Below are positions 59,969 through 64,000 of a DNA stretch of 64,000 nt, piece by piece. Within the stretch, counting starts at the first letter, position 1; each line of letters opens with the position of its first letter. This DNA comes from an uncultured bacterium (GTDB taxonomy: Bacteria > UBA8481): assembly GCA_964499705.1 (NCBI GenBank), contig CAZCME010000003.1:124001-188000 (forward strand). Direction: 5' to 3'. A program made the translations under genes and the position numbers. The notes below the pieces were generated by a model. That model saw only the letters and a program-made list of their open reading frames with translations. It was not told the DNA's origin and did no database searches.

Positions 59969-60807
59969 TCAGCTCCGCGCGAAGGTATGGAATGTCTCTC
60001 CGAGAATGAAGAAGGAATGGATCGCCATGACGAGGATGCCGAGGAGAAACGACATGATGACGACGCGGTGCCGCGTCCAGCCCCAGCGCGCGCCCAGGAT
60101 GAGGATGACACCGGCATACAGGCAGAGCGCCACGAGGACGCGGATGTTCGTATCCGCGAGGAGCTTGGCGGGGGGCACGGCGCCGCGAAGAAACAGCATC
60201 GCGAAAAGGAGGCCGGTGAGGATGCAATAGAGCCCGCTCTTGACGCCGACGCGCATGATCTCCGCGGACCGATCGAGCGGCGGAAGATGATCGAAGAGAG
60301 CGCCCATCCGCTTCAGGCGCAATTCGCGGTCCTGCAGCAGGAACAGGCCGGCTCCAAGCGCGGCGGCGAAGAAGGAGGAGTACCCCGCGTAACCGAGAAC
60401 GGCGTGCGCGAGGATGCCGAGTCCCTCGATCATGCTCTCGGCTTTCAACTCGTGCGCTCGCGTCGGCGCGCCCGCCACGACGAGGGAGGCCAGGAGCGCC
60501 AGCGGCGAGACGATGAGCCCGAGCAGAAACACGCGCATGCGGACGATGAACGCGACGCCGATGACGACCCATCCGAGCGAGAGACCGGCCAGAGCGCTGC
60601 GCGCGTCGGAGAAGGGCATCTCGCCGCGCGCCGCCCCCGCCAGCAGATCGCCCAGCTCGGCCAGGGCTCCGATGAAGAGCAGGAGCACGCCGGTGCGCGA
60701 GGCGTCTTCCGCCAGCTTCCGGGTCGCGGCGTCTTCGTGGATGAGATTGCGTTCGTAGATGATGAAGCAGAGGAGCGCCAGTGCGTAGAGCGGGATGGGG
60801 AGAAAGC

Positions 60808-60811
<4 letters not shown>
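59969..60811 (-). CDS. CcsA/HemX-like cytochrome c assembly family membrane protein
   Basis: LAHAVLGYAGY, LFLLQDRELRLK, LPPLD, C-terminal FHTF; 8 TM segments. Confidence 0.8.
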
Positions 60812-61821
<1,010 letters not shown>

Positions 61822-61955
61822 GGGAGCATCATATGGGGTCATGCCACATTCCCGCAACAATGCCGAGACCGGCGATGCCGGTGATCGCGCCTCGATTCGA
61901 GGCGTTGCGGCACATCATGTGTGCTTCTTCTCGCGGAAGAATCCTGTTTTCAAAG

Positions 61956-61971
61956 AGGCACGCTCCATGCA
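61956..61971 (+). promoter_or_regulatory. Sigma-54 -24/-12 promoter
   Basis: AGGCACGCTCCATGCA, GG-N10-GC, 55 nt upstream of ATG 62026. Confidence 0.55.
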
Positions 61972-62025
61972 CTCACCTACCTGCAGTGTTATAATGGAAA
62001 CGAAAAGCAAATTGAGGAGGGGTCC

Positions 62026-62820
62026 ATGAGTCCAGGTCAGAAGATCGCCACCGCGGTCGTGGTGGGTATCGTTGTCGTGTTGACGGGTGCGTATGCGCTT
62101 ATTGCCATGGAGCGAAGCAATGGCTCGTTGGAAAGCGAGTCCGCGACGGACACGCAGGCGGTGACTCCATCGGAAACGATCGCGTCGGCGATGCCATTGC
62201 ATATCGAGGCGACCAGTCCGGATATGACGACCGTGACGCCACGTTCATCCTCGGCGCGCCGCGCATCCGTTACGACAACATCGAACGCGAATGTCAAGAC
62301 CGATGCCGTGATGAAGGCGGCACCCATGATTGCCGCGGGAACAACCGTGGACGTGAAGATTCAGACGCACGTTTCTTCGCGCAATGCCAAGGTCGGCGAT
62401 CGGGTCGAGGCTGTCACGATCAACAACGTCATGATGAACGACAGGATTGTGATACCCGCGGGAACGGCGGTCGTGGGAGAAGTGACGGAAGTCAGGCCCG
62501 CAGCGGAGACGAAATCGGCGGCCGTCCTGAAGATCGCCTTCTTCAAGATCGGCGATCATTCGACACGCCTGGCGGTGGTGACCCCGGACCTGGCCGCGCG
62601 GGCCCGGACGGCCAATCGCGCCGTGGACGCGGGACTTGTCATCGGTGGAGCGGCCACGGGCGCGGTGATCGGCAACCAGACCGATGCGAAGCATGGCACG
62701 GAGATCGGCGCGGTCGTCGGCGGTGTCGCCGGCGGAATCGCCGCGGCCAATATCGGAGCCAACGTCCAGTTGAAGCTCGGCGAGACGGCGACGCTGAAGT
62801 TCACCAATGATGTGATGTGA
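62026..62820 (+). CDS. Membrane-anchored TrbI/VirB10-like protein with glycine zipper
   Basis: GAGGAGG RBS; TM; AGTTVDVKIQTHVSS..KVGDRV..VIPAGTAVVGEVTEV; GGAATGAVIG..GAVVGGVAG. Confidence 0.7.
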   Translation: MSPGQKIATAVVVGIVVVLTGAYALIAMERSNGSLESESATDTQAVTPSETIASAMPLHIEATSPDMTTVTPRSSSARRASVTTTSNANVKTDAVMKAAPMIAAGTTVDVKIQTHVSSRNAKVGDRVEAVTINNVMMNDRIVIPAGTAVVGEVTEVRPAAETKSAAVLKIAFFKIGDHSTRLAVVTPDLAARARTANRAVDAGLVIGGAATGAVIGNQTDAKHGTEIGAVVGGVAGGIAAANIGANVQLKLGETATLKFTNDVM

Positions 62821-62844
62821 GACAAGGGACAGGAGAGAAACGCC

Positions 62845-63318
62845 ATGTCGGTGCCAGGGGTTCTGCTGATTTCATACCTCATATTTACTCCCGGCCCCCT
62901 GGACCGTTATGGCGGCCATCTTGATGTAACGAACGGGGATTATCACGTTCACGCGGGAGGCTCCTACCAGTTCCGGTACGTGGATGCGACAGGGCGCATC
63001 TGGGAAGGACAGGGGCCAAGGCCCGAGGAGAACCTGAGATTTTACGGAGAGGATGTGCTCTGGAGCACGCCGTTCGTTCCGATCGTCGTCGGCACCGTCT
63101 TCGCGGCCATGATCATCGGTTACAAGGCGGATATCTGGCTGCAGCGAAGGCGATACCGCCATGCGATCCGACACCGCATGAGCGAGGTTCAGATGACGAG
63201 GGAGGAAGCCGCGCGGAAATACATCGTTCGTCCCTATGTCAGGTGGCAGGGATCGGAACGCCGGGGCCACGACCGGAGGGCGCGTGAACGTCGCGCCGGA
63301 GACCGCCGCGCCGCGTGA
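62845..63318 (+). CDS. YHYH-like domain membrane protein with C-terminal (D/E)RR repeats
   Basis: PGPLDRYGGHLDVTNGDYHVH; TM; ERRGHDRRARERRAGDRRAA. Confidence 0.6.
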   Translation: MSVPGVLLISYLIFTPGPLDRYGGHLDVTNGDYHVHAGGSYQFRYVDATGRIWEGQGPRPEENLRFYGEDVLWSTPFVPIVVGTVFAAMIIGYKADIWLQRRRYRHAIRHRMSEVQMTREEAARKYIVRPYVRWQGSERRGHDRRARERRAGDRRAA

Positions 63319-63366
63319 CGCAGGCGGAGCTTGCGGGCCGGAGCTTGATTCCGTAGAATTCTCATC

Positions 63367-64000
63367 ATGCCAACGCTCACTGAAAAGATCTTCGCCCGCA
63401 AGTCGGGCAAGTCGGCGCTCTCTCCGGGCGACAACGTCTGGGTCAGTGTCGACGTGCTGATGACGCATGATGTCTGCGGACCCGGAACGATCGGCGTCTT
63501 CAAGCGTGAATTCGGCGAAAAGGCGCGTGTCTGGAATCCGGATGCGGTCCTCATGATTCCCGACCACTATATTTTCACCGCCGATTCCAAGTCGAACCGC
63601 AACGTCGACATTCTCCGCGATTTCGCGCGGGAGCAGGGCATTCGCTACTTCTACGATGTCATAGACGACCCGAACGGCCACTGGGTCTTCGACCAGGACA
63701 AGGGCCCGCTGAAGAAGCAGTACGGATCGCATTTCGCCGGAGTCTGCCACACGGCGATGCCGGAAAAAGGGCACGTCCGCCCCGGCGAGATACTCCTGGG
63801 AACCGATTCGCATACGTGCATGGCCGGAGCCTTCAACGAGTTCGCGACCGGGATCGGCAACACGGACGCGGGATTCGTCCTCGGGACGGGCAAGTTGCTC
63901 CTGAAGACCCCTCCCACGCTCCGCTTCATCTTCGACGGCGACCTGAAGCCCGGCGTCATGGCCAAGGACATCATCCTCCATATCATCGGCATGATCGGTT
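63367..64000 (+). CDS. leuC: 3-isopropylmalate dehydratase/homoaconitase large subunit, 3' truncated by the window
   Basis: Translated manually: MPTLTEKIFAR...LMTHDVCGPG...IPDHY...GVCH...GTDSHTCMAGAF...AKDIIL. Confidence 0.9.
   Translation, partial: MPTLTEKIFARKSGKSALSPGDNVWVSVDVLMTHDVCGPGTIGVFKREFGEKARVWNPDAVLMIPDHYIFTADSKSNRNVDILRDFAREQGIRYFYDVIDDPNGHWVFDQDKGPLKKQYGSHFAGVCHTAMPEKGHVRPGEILLGTDSHTCMAGAFNEFATGIGNTDAGFVLGTGKLLLKTPPTLRFIFDGDLKPGVMAKDIILHIIGMIG

Overview
High-GC bacterial chromosomal segment with no rRNA, tRNA, CRISPR array or transposase recognised. From left to right it holds: (1) a sugar-binding/glycosidase-type gene and a XylF-like sugar-binding protein; (2) a 7TM-GAF histidine kinase; (3) a divergent chemosensory locus, with XRE regulator-cheW-cheY-cheX-kinase on the minus strand and two soluble globin-coupled MCPs-cheW-cheR(+2 STAS-like domains)-cheAY-cheB on the plus strand, followed by a sigma-54 activator; (4) a CPBP protease, an Aas fusion, a nucleoside kinase, a Kelch protein, vapBC and a YtrA-type GntR/ABC operon; (5) an aminotransferase and the HIT-yqeY-smr-ftsA-like-dnaG-rpoD block; (6) a poly-HAMP hybrid kinase/CheR/CheB/DUF5985-like signalling island that interrupts the prmA-rsmE...HIT-yqeY synteny; (7) mtnA-ccsA-like-hemA-like-hemC-cobA/hemD-membrane protein-trpC-ftsEX-prmA-rsmE, two small exported/membrane proteins and the start of leuC. 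The most unusual observations are a ~55-bp hairpin element inserted in frame twice in dnaG and once in a kinase gene, a HemA-like protein lacking its catalytic motifs at the canonical hemA position, a globin-coupled chemosensory system with a CheR-STAS fusion, an in-frame TGA at a conserved Gly of ftsX next to an apparent ATC start for prmA, and four families of intergenic palindromic elements. All family assignments come from motif recognition by eye; no database search was run.
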